64,000 nucleotides of DNA from Octopus vulgaris (Eukaryota): contig OX597816.1 in the NCBI GenBank assembly GCA_951406725.2, positions 169,260,001-169,324,000 of the forward strand, read 5' to 3'. The position numbers were made by a program, and so were the translations under genes. Under the pieces are notes generated by a model, which was given only the letters and a program-made list of their open reading frames with translations, did no database searches and was not told the DNA's origin. Shown here piece by piece: positions 29,908-43,465 of the stretch. Numbering within the stretch: position 1 is the stretch's first letter; every line of letters begins with the position of its first letter.

Positions 29908-30236
29908 TGACTTATTCTTTGTAAGCCTAGTACTTATTATATCGGTCTCTCTTTTGCCGAACCGCTAAGTGACGGGGACGTAGACACACCAGCATCGGTT
30001 GTCAAGCAATGCTAGGGAGACAAACACAGACACACAAACACACACACATAATACATATATATATATATACATATATACGACAGGCTTCTTTCAGTTTCCG
30101 TCTACCAAATCCACTCACAAGGCATTGGTCGGCCCGAGGCTATAGTAGAAGACACTTGCCCAAGGTGCCACGCAGTGGGACTGAACCCGGAACCATGTGG
30201 CTGGTTAGCAAGCTACTTACCACACAGCCACTCCTG
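29908..30236 (-). mobile_element. Bipartite tRNA-SINE, 3'-truncated
   Basis: Matches consensus. Confidence 0.88.
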
Positions 30237-30461
30237 GTATCATTTTATCAATGAGGTGTGATGGGAAAGCATAGCTGACTCCAGCTAGATAAATACTTGA
30301 GGCAATGAGGTAAGGGAACTACAATTTGTACTGAGTGAGTCATCTCCATTCACATTATTAGGCAGCCACAGAGAATCGAAACCATGATAAGGAACATCTG
30401 CAGCAATTACAATTTAGGTAAAGAATATTGAAGGTTCCCGGCCGAAGCATCCTTTCTTTAT

Positions 30462-30870
30462 AGGCGCAGGAGTGGCTGTCTGGTAAGTAGCTTGCTAACC
30501 AACCACATGGTTCCGGGTTCAGTCCCACTGCGTGGCATCTTGGGCAAGTGTCTTCTGCTATAGCTCCGGGCCGACCAATGCCTTGTGAGTGGATTTGGTA
30601 AACGGAAACTGAAAGAATCCTGTCGTATATATGTATATAAATGTGTATGTGTGTGTGTTTGTGTGTGTGTGTGTGTTTGTCTCCCTAGCATTGCTTGACA
30701 ACCGATGCTGGTGTGTTTACGTCCCCGTCACTTAGCGGTTCGGTAAAAGGGACCGATAGAATAAGTACTGGGCTTACAAAGAATAAGCCCCGGGGCCGAT
30801 TTGCTCGACTAAAGGCGGTGCTCCAGCATGGCCGCAGTCAAATGACTGAAACAAGTAAAAGAGTAAGATA
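30462..30870 (+). mobile_element. Bipartite tRNA-SINE, full copy
   Basis: GGCGCAGGAGTGGCTG..GGTTCAGTCCC..AAAAGAGTAA. Confidence 0.92.
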
Positions 30871-31270
30871 AAGAGAGAGAGTTCCTTTCACTCCAAAACA
30901 AAAACAAACAAAAAGTACCGCTAACTAGTATATAGTTTCTTATCCAAATTGTACAACAATGTTTATAATAAATGGGAACTGCCCGTACATGTTTGTTTAT
31001 ATTTGTGTATATATTAGGGAATACTGCATTTAAGATATAGTTTATTCGTAACTGTTTAGATGCTTTAATTTCAGAAATCCAATATGGAAAAAGTAATTCA
31101 ACCCGTAATTCTAAATTATGAGGGCACGTCAAATATCAAAAATAAAGTTTTAGTTGATTTAGTTTGAAGATTGTGAGTAAATACTGAGATCTAATAATTC
31201 CCATTTTTTTATTGAAAACTTTTGAATGTGAAATATACGAAAGACTGTTACTTGAGAAATATTTGATGAT

Positions 31271-31656
31271 TGGAAGCACTCCGTCGGTTACGACGATGAG
31301 GGTTCCGGTTGATCCGAATCAACGGAACAGCCTGCTCGTGAAATTAACGTGTAAGTGGCTGAGCACTCCACAGACACGTGTACCCTTAACGTAGTTCTCG
31401 GGGATATTCAGCATGACACAGAGAGTGACAAGGCCGGCCCCTTGAAATACAGGTACAACAGAAACAGGAAGTAAGAGTGAGAGAAAGTTGTGGTGAAAGA
31501 GTACAGCAGGGATCACCACCATCCCCTTCCGGAGCCTCGTGGAGCTTTAGGTGTTTTCGCTCAATAAACACTCACAACGCCCGGTCTGGGAATCGGAACC
31601 GCGATCCTATGACCGCGAGTCCGCTGCCCTAACCACTGGGCCATTGCGCCTTCACC
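31271..31656 (-). mobile_element. tRNA-SINE (head A + tail X)
   Basis: Reverse complement of 759-1145; TSD ATTTGATGAT at 31261-31270 and 31657-31666. Confidence 0.92.
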
Positions 31657-33433
31657 ATTTGATGATAATACACAAATGAATGAACATGTAAGTTCTGTGC
31701 TTTCTTAACACAAACCTAATTTTAAGGATGATGGGAAAGTGAAGTAGTTTAGTGAGAGATTCATAAGGACAGTTGCTGGATTAGGGAAGTGAAATGACAT
31801 CAGCCGTGGAGGACAGCAGTGTCATGATGTTGGTTTTTTGGATGCTTCGCGGGCAATTGCCTTATATCAATGTTTCTATGAACGGCGAAATGGCAGAATC
31901 ATTAGAACATCTGATAGAATGCTTCGTAGTGCTCTGAGTTCAAATCTTGCTGAGGTCAGCTTTGCGTTAATTCCTTTCGAGTTGATAAATAAGTGCAAAT
32001 TGGCGGAATTGTAAGAACATCGGAACTTAGGTTTTATATTTGTTCCGGCTCTTTGTGTTCTGAGTTCCAATCCCGCCGACGCCTTCTTTAGTGGTAAACT
32101 TCATCCGTCGCCCATTCTAACATCACCACCAGATTCCTTGGAGGCTTTGTGTGAGTTCACTCAGGTGAAAACAAAAAAAAAAAAAGGCTAGGTTTCCGTT
32201 TTGAGGATACCTTCCTCCTTCCCTCTCACATGTCTCAAGGAAGGCCCCTGTAATAGGCGATGAGTACAGCATTTCTGCCCGATTAGAAGGTATAAAATAT
32301 GTATTAACATTTTCAAATGAAAATTTAAGGTCAAACTACTGCCTTCTCTTTTCACGCAAATACAAAACATCAATTATATAAAGAAAATGGATTATGTAGA
32401 AAGAAATAACCACTCCACTTTAAGGATAAGTGCTGTTGTGTTATCTTATCAAGAATGTTTGCCTCGCCATTTACTCAGTTCAGTTTAGATAGTAGAGTAG
32501 AGCGCTTCATCGGACACCTGTTTCGTTCTCACGGTTATCTCGTCTGTTACAACTAACACGTGAATGACAAACGTAATCAAAAACAAAACAATGACCAAAC
32601 AATAAATACAATGAATGTTAATGATATTCTCACGTTACAAGAATGATCGGCGAAAAACATCGTATAAAGTTTAGTTAGTCATAAGCGTTATAACTTTTCA
32701 ATGGAATCTAATGTCTAAGTTTTTCGAAGATGCACTTCTAATTTCCCATTGAGAACATAGCAAACAACCCAACTTCGATCGATATTGAGTTACATTAGGT
32801 TTGTCTGCAATAGCAAGATGAACTTCAGGTACATTTGTATTGCATATTTCTTCAGTAGCTCTGATGAAACCAGATTAAATATGTGGATTATGAAAAACAG
32901 ATATTAACTATTTCTGTTGTGCATTATCAATGTTTAAATATGATTACTGTTTTATGTAAGAATATTAACACTAAAATAATAACATTTTTAAAAGGTTTGT
33001 CGACAAGAGCTTATTCAATACATTCACTTTATAGACAAATTAAGCCTGACCAACTGGCATTCATCTAATATTTCTCCTGTACAGCTGCTGTAGAGTAATA
33101 AGGTCGTCTGAATCAATAAACCACAGCACAGATAATTGGATTAAACTCCTAAAATACCTGTCGTCAGAGCGGGAGAGTTGGAGACACGCATATTTTTACT
33201 GATTTCCCCATGTTTCAGTTAGAGATAATCTGGATTATTATACATGCAAAAGTTAGTCAAAATAGTGGTGGAGTATGCTTCAATTACACAGAAACAGCAT
33301 ATACACATTCTCCCTATATACACATATACATAATACACATACACACGGATTACATACACTCATTATATATACACATATGTATATATGTATATGTATACAT
33401 ATGCATATATATATGTATATATATATATGTATG

Positions 33434-33477
<44 letters not shown>

Positions 33478-33478
<1 letters not shown>

Positions 33479-33725
33479 TAATTTATATATAGAGGGCATT
33501 ATACATACATGCCAGCGGGCATTATACATACATGCCACACGCTACCATTGGTAGAAATGACATAATTGTCCCTCTTAGCGTGTGGCATGTATGTATAATG
33601 CCCGCTTTCCCTCTTTATAAATTAATATGTTCAATAAGAAATAATTATTTTCGAAATTTATTCTCTTATGAGGTTTCACGCTATCTACCTTTGTTACCTT
33701 ATTAAGTAGTTGTCCTTAATTGCTA
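33478..33725. mobile_element. Diverged inverted fragment of the 34983-35712 family
   Basis: 33545-33725 aligns with the minus strand of about 35346-35530; 29-bp inverted repeat GCGGGCATTATACATACATGCCACACGCT; TA flanks. Confidence 0.7.
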
Positions 33726-33800
33726 TATATATATATATATATATCTTTCTTTTACTTTCTTTTACTTGTTTCAGTCGTTTGACTGCGGCCATGCTGGAGC

Positions 33801-33865
<65 letters not shown>

Positions 33866-34002
33866 ATATAATGAATATGGTACTTAAGTTAGATGCACCA
33901 GAATTTTGTATGGTGTTATCCATATAAATCCATGAGGTGATTATAATCAAAATAAGCAACGATCGTACCAAATTACCGAAGTTATTCTTGTTGCTTTTTT
34001 TG

Positions 34003-34059
<57 letters not shown>

Positions 34060-34060
<1 letters not shown>

Positions 34061-34430
34061 GGTAAACAGTAAAAATAATTACAGACATGGACAAGAACAT
34101 GAAACGCCACAGAGACGACACAAGAACCACAGGACGGGACATTCGAAGCCCTCAGTCATCAGTCAAGAACCAGATCATCTTAGCAATTTCGGCTGATTAA
34201 TCTTGAGATTGCTCCGATTTGGGCAGCCCGCCAAGGGAAATCTAAGCCAAGCGCATTAGATCCCCTGGAAGAAAGCTTCGAATGTATACAACACGAGGAC
34301 GGAAAACGAACGAAGTACACGAACAAAAATACAGAATACGTGACACCAATAAGAATACAAAAACGTAAAAACAATAACGGTAAAAATAAAAAAACAAAAC
34401 AAAACCAGGACGTAGGACAATGGTCTTTCG
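34060..34430 (-). mobile_element. Family F3 PLE-like 3' fragment
   Basis: GACATTCGAAGCCCTCAGTCATCAGTCAAGAAC shared with 18101-18133. Confidence 0.65.
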
Positions 34431-34507
34431 GTATATATATATGTATATATATATATATGTGTGTGTGTGTATGTGTGTATGTGTGTGCATGTGCATATAT
34501 ACATGTA

Positions 34508-34745
34508 GAGGCGCGTGATTTAGTACTTAGGGTGTTGCTGTTAAGATCGTAAGTTTGTGACTCCTATTCATGGACTGGGCGATACGTTGTGCCCTTGAGT
34601 AAAACAATTCACTTTCTCGTGCCTTCAGTCCACTTAGCTGGAAAAAACGAAGAATAATCATGCGACGCACTGGTGTCTCCTTCAGAAGGGGAGGAATATA
34701 TCTGCCACAGAATCCTATGATTCAGGAAGGACTCCAGAAACTTTT
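34508..34745 (+). mobile_element. Old tRNA-SINE (head B + tail Z)
   Basis: GGCGCGTGATTTAGT..CCCTTGAGTAAAACA..CAGTCCACTTAGCTG..GCGACGCACTGGTGTC. Confidence 0.6.
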
Positions 34746-34770
34746 CGATATATATATATACATGTATATG

Positions 34771-34931
<161 letters not shown>

Positions 34932-35116
34932 ATATACATATGTATATGTACATATATATATATGTATATATATATACATATATATTTATATTGTATAGAG
35001 GGCATTATTACACATAAATGCCTCACGCTAAGCGGGACATAAGTCATTACTACCAAAATTTAACTAATCATACCTAATGCAGTTCCCGAAGCAAGACATT
35101 TAAAAAACTGAATTTA

Positions 35117-35180
35117 GTTCTATATCACCTGTGATTTTACAATTAACGCATCAAATACGTCTGTCGTTCATCAGTAGAAC
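35117..35180 (-). ncRNA. Hammerhead copy with GAAA>AAAA core mutation
   Basis: Same fold as 35596-35659 but G12A. Confidence 0.7.
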
Positions 35181-35595
35181 AGATTCTGAACACATCATAA
35201 ATAAACAACCAACATACCTAGCGAAGCCAAACAGACATCTTCTCCCCTCGGCGAAGCACATGGAAATGTTTATTCATCATATATTCAGTAAATGGCGGGC
35301 TCTTTCGAACTGCATGTCGGTAGGAAAAGTTTTTCTTCGGAATAAATTTAACAATTAAGGATAAAATCTCAATAAGGAATCTTAAGAAATTATCAGGTAG
35401 TTAGCGTGAAAAACCTCATAAGAGAAAAAATTCGAAAATAATTTTTTCACTTGAAAATATTTATTTATATTGTATAGAGGGCATTATTACACATAAATGC
35501 CTCACGCTAAGAGGGACATAAGTCATTACTACCAAAATTTAACTAATCATACCTAATGCAGTTCCCGAAGCAAGACATTTAAAAAATTGAATTTA

Positions 35596-35659
35596 GTTCT
35601 ATATCACCTGTGATTTCACAATTAACGCATCAAATACGTCTGTTGTTCATCAGTAGAAC
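35596..35659 (-). ncRNA. Canonical type I hammerhead ribozyme
   Basis: gttcta CTGATGA acaa..ttgt GAAA tca cagg tga TA tagaac. Confidence 0.85.
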
Positions 35660-35923
35660 AGATTCTGAACTGTTAAGATTCCTTATTGAGATTTTATCCT
35701 TAATTGTTAAATATATACATATATATGTATATATATACATATATATATATATATGTGTGTATATATATATATATATGTATATATATACATATATATATGT
35801 GTATATATATAAATGTATATATATATATGTATATATATATGTATATATATAAATGTATATATATATGTATATATATATACATATATATTTATATATATAT
35901 AATATATACATATATACATACAC

Positions 35924-35981
<58 letters not shown>

Positions 35982-35985
<4 letters not shown>

Positions 35986-36337
35986 TGAAGTATATTTGCT
36001 ACATAAATGCGGCTAACCCTTCAGGGTGGATGTTACTGTAGCTTGTAGCCCCAGGAGGACACCTACTTTTTTTAACTATTGATACACTTTCTGTGCCCTA
36101 TGAATATTTGCAAAAGGAAGCCATCCTTTGCATCTCCAACGTGACCCAGAAACTCCAGTGCGAGTGTATCATGTCAGGATGGAGATGGGAAGGATGGCTT
36201 CCCTTTGCAAATATTGTTACGGCACAGAAAGCGTATCAATATCCAGCTGGAGGAGGTGTCTTCCTGGGGCTACAAGCTACAGTAGCATTCACCCCTTAAG
36301 GGTTAGCCACATTTAAGTGGCAAATATACTTCACGAT
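35982..36337. repeat. About 355-bp fold-back (arms about 155-165 bp), MITE-like
   Basis: ATCGTGAAGTATATTTGC ... GCAAATATACTTCACGAT with colinear internal complementarity. Confidence 0.85.
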
Positions 36338-36509
36338 GTAGTGCAGCTACTGTTTATACCTCGCCTAGATATTTATTATTGCTTATACATATATAACTCA
36401 ACGCATAAACACAAGAACACACACATACATACACACACACACGCACACACTACAAACAAAACACACACACAATACATATAATACACGCACACACACACAC
36501 ACACTTCAA

Positions 36510-36981
36510 ACTAGCAGTACCTTTCACTGACCATTCTTCCACATGGGTAGATAGACATAAGAGCCACTCCTAATTCATTCTTCCTTGACCTTAAACAATA
36601 CTAAGCCCCACCACACACATAGATTAAAAGCCACAACCACACACACACACACGTGTTATCCTTGCACACATACACACACACGCATACGCAGACTTGCGCG
36701 CACGCACATATTCACACTTACACACACATACCTCCTCTTGCGCTCTCCTGTCTTTGAAAGAACTTTTTCTTCACCCATTCCCTTCCGGTCATTCAAAATG
36801 TGACCGCGCGTGTACCGTTGGCGATTTTTTCCTCCGTCTTCCCTTCTTTGGATCTTTCCTTTTCCTATGTTTCTGAAGAAGAGCTCCACTCCAAACGTTA
36901 AACCCTCCTTCTTTCCTGAGCGTCCAATAATACTATACTTGCTCCACGTCCTCGTGTTGTTGTGTTTTCATGTTTGGATTA

Positions 36982-37058
<77 letters not shown>

Positions 37059-37145
37059 TTCTTCCCTCTTTCCTGAGCGCCTAATAATAATACTTTAATT
37101 GTTCCACGTGTTGTTGTTTTTTCTGTTTTCCCGTTTGGATTAACC
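36510..37145 (+). mobile_element. Family F2 PLE 3' end(s) with HHR-like motif at 36869-36904
   Basis: gttt CTGAAGA a gag ctcca ctc CAAAC GTTA aaac; ends GTTTGGATTAAC twice before TA runs. Confidence 0.55.
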
Positions 37146-37225
<80 letters not shown>

Positions 37226-38084
37226 ATATATGTATATATACACACATAAGTATATATATGTATATATAGACACATATATGTATATATTTATATATATATA
37301 TATATATATACAAACATATTCAATATATACATATACATGCATACATTCATACATACATACATACATACATACATACATACATACATACATACATACATAC
37401 ATACACACACGTATGGATTTTCTTGATAGGAGGTATTTTCAAATGCATTGTACTATACAATTGTTAGATCTTATTCATTCATTTCTGAGAACAACACAAA
37501 TTTGTACAAGTTTAACGTGTTCAAGATTAACGTGGAACATTTTTTATGTCTTTCTCTAGATCATTGCAAACTGTATCTTCTATATATCATATTAAGCTGT
37601 TTGCGTGAAAGAGCATTTGTTAGATTTCCTTCTACATGTTCTGCCTTCTTTAAACTGACATCAAACAATAGCAGCAGATACTTCAAATTGCCATCATCAA
37701 TTATATTCACTTCAGTAATCTCCTCCTTTAAAATACCTAATTAAGACAGTAGTAGAATTTCTACAACTCATGACAAATTATAATTTATTGCTTTTTTTTT
37801 ATCTTACTGTGTTAGAGATTCAATTTTACCAACTTACAACACGCATATCATACCTTTGTGGCAGGTGGCTTAGAGAAAAGTGACATGTGATACGGTTTCA
37901 ATCTTCCCTTAAATCCATTTTAATTGATATTCACTATTCACTGGTAATATCTTTTTGGGGAAAATTATGAATGTGATAACATTTTTTGTCCTTTATATTA
38001 AGTATCGTAAGAAAAGAAAAGACATTGATATTGATGAAAAATGTCGAATGATATAGATGATATTAGAGCAGCTACGACTCTTGT

Positions 38085-38312
38085 GAAGGCTTAGTGGCTT
38101 CGTGGTCGGGGTGTTGAACTCATGATCGTAAGATTGTGGTTTCGATTCCTGGACCGGGCGACGCGTTGTGTACTTGAGAAAAAAACAGTTTCACATTGCT
38201 CCAGTCTACTCAGCTGTAATCCTACGACAGACTGGCGTCCCGTTCAGGAGGGGAATTTATACGCCATGAAACCAGGAAAACTGGCCCTTATGAGTCGGCA
38301 TGAATCGAGAAG
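38085..38312 (+). mobile_element. tRNA-SINE (head B + tail Z)
   Basis: GGTTTCGATTCC, CTTGAG..TTGCTCCAGTCTACTCAGCTG, GACAGACTGGCGTCCCG, ATACGCCATGAAACCAGG. Confidence 0.7.
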
Positions 38313-38439
38313 GTAAATAACTTACTAGCTACGACTCCAACTCGATTTCTATTTAAAACAAATTTACTCGGCATAGGTGGCAAGCCATATGAAGAAATGC
38401 ACGTCTTCTTTACTTCTTCCTTCATCATTAACGTTTCTT

Positions 38440-39280
38440 GGTATTTGAACCTAGTTACTAAAGGAAAACAAGGGTATGTTAGGAATGTATAGTGTCCACT
38501 TTTTGTCCTGGCATGTCGACGGGAAATCCAACATACGGTATTGAAACTGACAAACTTCGACTTCACAGACGACCTGTTACTCTTTAGTACCCCATTTTCG
38601 GTTGTACAAGACATGGCCATCACTCTCAATAACAGAAGCTAAAAGGTTGTTTTTGAGATTATCAATGAAAAGGAAAAAAATGTGTGAGGCAAAACAACAA
38701 CACTTCTAGTCGGAATGCCAGACTCTGGAGATCCTTGAGTCGTCCACGTGATTTGGTAGTACCATCGCTAAAGACGGAAACTTGGAAAGTGATGTGGAAA
38801 AGAAACTCGAAAAAACAGTACCTGAAGTCTGTATGGTTCAACTCCGCCATCAACCAAAGCACCAAATTCTGCCTGTATGTATCCATTGTCATGACCGGCG
38901 ACTTCTGTTTCTAAGGTCTGCAGTAACATCAGCAGATTCTATACAATAGCATACGTCTTCGACAGACGTTGCTTTGGGGCAATACAATAAATCTCTTGGT
39001 GTAACCACAACAAGAATGAAGTCACGCACTTAGTAATCGTCAGGATACATTATTGTGAAGTAGTGGGAGATGCTCAGCCATTTGCTACTCATATCCATGC
39101 AAAGGCTAGTGAGAACCTCTCTCGGAATGTAAATCAGGAAAGAGTCGTTGGCGGCGAGGCACATCTATGAAAGCCTAGTTAAGGAATTTGGAGGAGGAGA
39201 TCCTGGCAAATATTAACTTTGCCTGAGAGTTGTCTCATGACAGGACTTGCCATCGATGTGTGCGCCGTTGTTCAGGCGGT
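38440..39280 (+). pseudogene. Highly decayed RTE-clade LINE RT/3' region
   Basis: LTNFDFTDDLLL (FADD-like), TKFCLYVSIV, FDRRCFGAI..ISW. Confidence 0.6.
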
Positions 39281-40125
39281 CAAGTGAGAATAAAACAACA
39301 TGAAAATGATATTGGATTTACTTGATGTTGGTTCTTGTCTCACATCTGTTAGTGGAAGTCGAATGGTGAGCTTCAGTGCTCTGCTGGTTCTAGGAAGTCG
39401 AGAGGAGATAATAGGTGGTGGGGTATTATCGTCTGCCGTCGAGTTTGTTAAGAGGAGGTTATTTTGATTAGAACCTAGGGAACTGTAGCGGATTAAGTTG
39501 AAATGACGTTAATAAAAAATCACTGTGTTTTACAGGAGTTCAGTACACACACACACACACACAGACATACACACACACGCACTCACGCACACGCACATAC
39601 ATGTTTCGTATTCAGCATGGACTCGATGCGTGGTATCTCAGTTTTCTTGGAGTATATTCGTAAGTGGTGTCTGGAAAAGTTAGTTTGTGCAGGCATCAAG
39701 ATATTTTCATATATATCAACAGAGAAAGTCTTGCGTCGGGGGATGTATTTCCTATTATATATAAGGCAAATGAGAAAAGTGCGTTATAGATTCTTTCAAA
39801 ATATTACTTGGTATGACTTTATCATTACACATACATAGATACATACATATATACATGCATGCATACATACATATGTACATACATGCACATATATACATAC
39901 ATACGTACACACATACATACATATATACATATATAGATGCATGCATACATACATACGTACATATATACATATATACATACACACGTACATACATACCGAG
40001 AAGTAATATTTAATGCCTCTTAAACTTAGAGAAGCAAGAGATTTTCTGGTGCCCCCAAAAATATATTAATGTCTAATATGGTATTTTGTACGTTTCTTTT
40101 TTTCTGACACTCAACACTAATTGGG

Positions 40126-40219
<94 letters not shown>

Positions 40220-40267
40220 CACATATATACATACACATATATATATATTCATATGCATATGCATGCA

Positions 40268-40338
<71 letters not shown>

Positions 40339-40541
40339 TATGGATATATTAATAGACATGTAATATTACAGGAAATGTGTTTCGTAAAATACACCTTCTT
40401 ATTGGTCATTTAATGTTTTTCTTGCAGGCTAACTTATATGTACCATTTGGCTACAAATATGCTCGTTTCTATAAATTCTCAATCTTTGCGCTGATTAAAA
40501 CACATACATTGAAATAGACACACACACACACACGCACGTGC

Positions 40542-40598
<57 letters not shown>

Positions 40599-41147
40599 TG
40601 TGTGTATGTATATGTATGTGTATATATATATATATACATATACATACACATACATAGGTGCATATATGTATATTTATATGCACACATATATAAATATATA
40701 TTATATATGCAATCGTAAACCTTTTCAACATTTTTGCCACCAAAATATCACTTTATATATTATCTATCACATAACGAGATTCAATTTTCCTTTTATTATA
40801 TCGAAAGTGTATTTGCAGCTAAAAAGTTATACTTTGCACAAAAGTTAATTCACAAAAAATACGGGCCTGGAATCTATAAATAAAGATATCTTTATAACTT
40901 AACATGGCAGTATTTTCCCTTGTGGTGAAATGCTTTCATTATCGACAGCTTCATGTTTGTTACTACACTAATCAAATATCTATTGGTTTTGGAATAGGAA
41001 GTCAGCCATCAATAGAATATCTTACACAGCCTCAGAAAACCAATTCCATTATACACACACACGCACACATACTTGTAAGTTTGTATATGTATGTATATAT
41101 GTATATGTATATAGGTAGATACATACATATATATATACATACATACA

Positions 41148-41229
<82 letters not shown>

Positions 41230-41276
41230 CGCATTCATATACAGATAAATACGGAAGTGTATGCAGTTACGTATAC

Positions 41277-41518
41277 AAGCTTTGGTTATTTATCCGCATG
41301 TAAGCACACGCACATACACATACCTACTAGAAGCTTGACCGTTGAATTCGCAAGCTTTTTTCTCTCTCTGTTTATTTCATCGTGTTGCTTTCTATTGAAG
41401 AGCGTAGGCTCGAAAGGTAAAATACTTTCCCACATCCCCGAGCGTCAAACTGCTTGTTGTTTATACACCTCACGTCTTCTTTTCTTTTTTTTTCTGTAAA
41501 TTTCAACTGTATATAAAT

Positions 41519-41552
<34 letters not shown>

Positions 41553-41804
41553 GTGTGTGTGTGTATTTATATACAGTTGAAATTTACAGAAAAAAAAAGA
41601 AAAGAAGACGTCAGGTGTATAAACAACAAGCAGTTTGACGCTCGGGGATGTGAGAAAGTATTTTACCTTTCGAGCCTACCCTCTTCAACAGAAAGGAACA
41701 CGAGGAAATAACCAGAGAGAGAAAAAATTTGCGAATTCAACGGTCAAGCTTCTAGTAGGTATGTGTATGTGCGTGTGCTTACATGCGGATAAATAACCAA
41801 AGCT
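41277..41804. repeat. About 530-bp palindrome centred on (CA)n(TA)n(TG)n, containing two F1 fragments
   Basis: Arms are reverse complements from AAGCTTTGGTTATTTATCC to the centre, with scattered mismatches. Confidence 0.9.
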
Positions 41805-41817
41805 TTATATATATATG

Positions 41818-41891
<74 letters not shown>

Positions 41892-41934
41892 GTATGTATA
41901 TATGTATATATGTATATATATATATATATACATG

Positions 41935-42085
41935 TAGCGGTTCGGCAAAAAGAGACCGATAGAATAAGTACTGGGCTTACAAAGAATAAGTCCCGGGGTC
42001 GATTTGCTCGACTAAAGGTGGTGCTCCAGCATGGCCGCAATCAAATGACTGAAACAAGTAAAAGAGTAAAAGAGTAAAGAGAGTA
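41935..42085 (+). mobile_element. 3' half of bipartite SINE
   Basis: AGCGGTTCGGCAAAAAGAGACCG..AAAGAGTA tail. Confidence 0.88.
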
Positions 42086-42159
42086 AACAATAGCTCTAGC
42101 TATGATATAACCGCTAGTGATGGAAGTCATAATCCACATATAGATAAATGTTCATGTCG

Positions 42160-42590
42160 TGATAAGACTAAATGTAAGCTCTCTAATAATTGTAATATTG
42201 GCAATGTAATTTATAAATGTATAGTAATTTCTGAGAACAATAATAATAAAAATATAAATAAGATATATATAGGATCCACAGCTAATGAAATAAAAAAAAA
42301 TCACCCAACACTACCAGACTTTCAAAAATCCCAATTTAAGTAAGTTCACAGGTTAATGTAAATATATATGGGAATTGAAATCTAGAAAAAAAGAATACAC
42401 CCTTAGTTGGAGTATAATAGGTAGAGCCCACTCTTATAATAAAATGTGGGAATAAAATGTGCTTATTATGTTTAACAGAATTTATGGAACCGCTACAATC
42501 TAGAGACGAATTACTAAACACATACGAAGAAAGAGGAATGAAATGTAGACACCAAAGTAATTTTACTTTCAAGAAAATGAAATACTGAAC
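42160..42590 (+). pseudogene. PLE GIY-YIG endonuclease remnant
   Basis: CKLSNNCNIGNVIYKC..IYIGSTAN, KYIWELK, CLLCLTE; similar to 25920-26170. Confidence 0.75.
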
Positions 42591-42702
42591 CGCCACCCCC
42601 TTGAATCTCATCACCACACACTTTTGATTTCTACAGCCTCAGGCCGTGTGTGTGCCTTTGTGTCTGTTAATCTATTCAACAATAGATTATATAAATAATT
42701 GT

Positions 42703-43022
42703 GAGGGCGCGTGGCTTAGCGGTTAGGGCATTCGGCTCATGATCGTAAGGTTGTGAGTTCGATTAACGGCGACGCGTTGTGTCCTTGAGCAAGACACTTT
42801 ATTTCACGTTGCTCCAGTCCACTCAGCTGGGCAAAAATGAGTTGTACTTGTATTTCAAAGGGTCAGCCTTGTCACTCTCTGTGTCACGCTGATTATCCCC
42901 GAGAACTACGTTAAGGGTACACGTGTCTGTGGAATGCTCAGCCATTTGCACGTTAATTTCACGAGCAAGCTGTTCCGTTGATCGTATCAGCTGGGACCCT
43001 CGTCGTCGTAACCGGCGGAGTC
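42703..43022 (+). mobile_element. Chimeric tRNA-SINE (head B + tail X)
   Basis: 5' part like 1850-2180 head; 3' part from TTGTACTTGTATTTCAAAGGG like 957-1137; TSD ATATAAATAATT. Confidence 0.88.
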
Positions 43023-43465
43023 TTTAAATATAAATAATTAAATACATAAATTGAATATTATGAAATATTACATTATAGCAAATTATATATATCCTTCAGC
43101 ATAGTTGGATAAAATATAATAATAGAAGTAGATAATCTAATTTAAACTATGCATAGTGAAATTACCCCATTCAGAACTAACCGCCTATAAACTCCCATAG
43201 GGCTCTACTATATTCACTTCCTGTAATCGCCATTTTGATTGACATCTTGCTCCTATCACGAGTGGATATGTATCTTGATTTTTTATATTTAATCACAGAC
43301 CTCTTCATTCTGATTTATAATTTTATATTTGACATTCTAAGTTTGATATATGTATGATAATTTATATTTATAATTTATAATTCTTAATTTTGTAAAGTTT
43401 ATTTTTAATTTTTAATTTAACGCTTAATTTTTATGGTGATTTAAAATAGCTGAACAATATTTTGA

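Larger units (their letters stand above)
34983..35712 (-). mobile_element. ORF-less tandem element with two hammerhead motifs (retrozyme-like)
   Basis: 209-bp direct repeats 34983-35191 and 35462-35670 (period 479); 40-bp inverted terminal piece 35673-35712; (TA)n both sides. Confidence 0.75.

Noticed and set aside
37560-37745. Possible minus-strand host exon (GILKEEITEV...)
   Set aside because: No recognisable domain, ends in a stop, no partner exons
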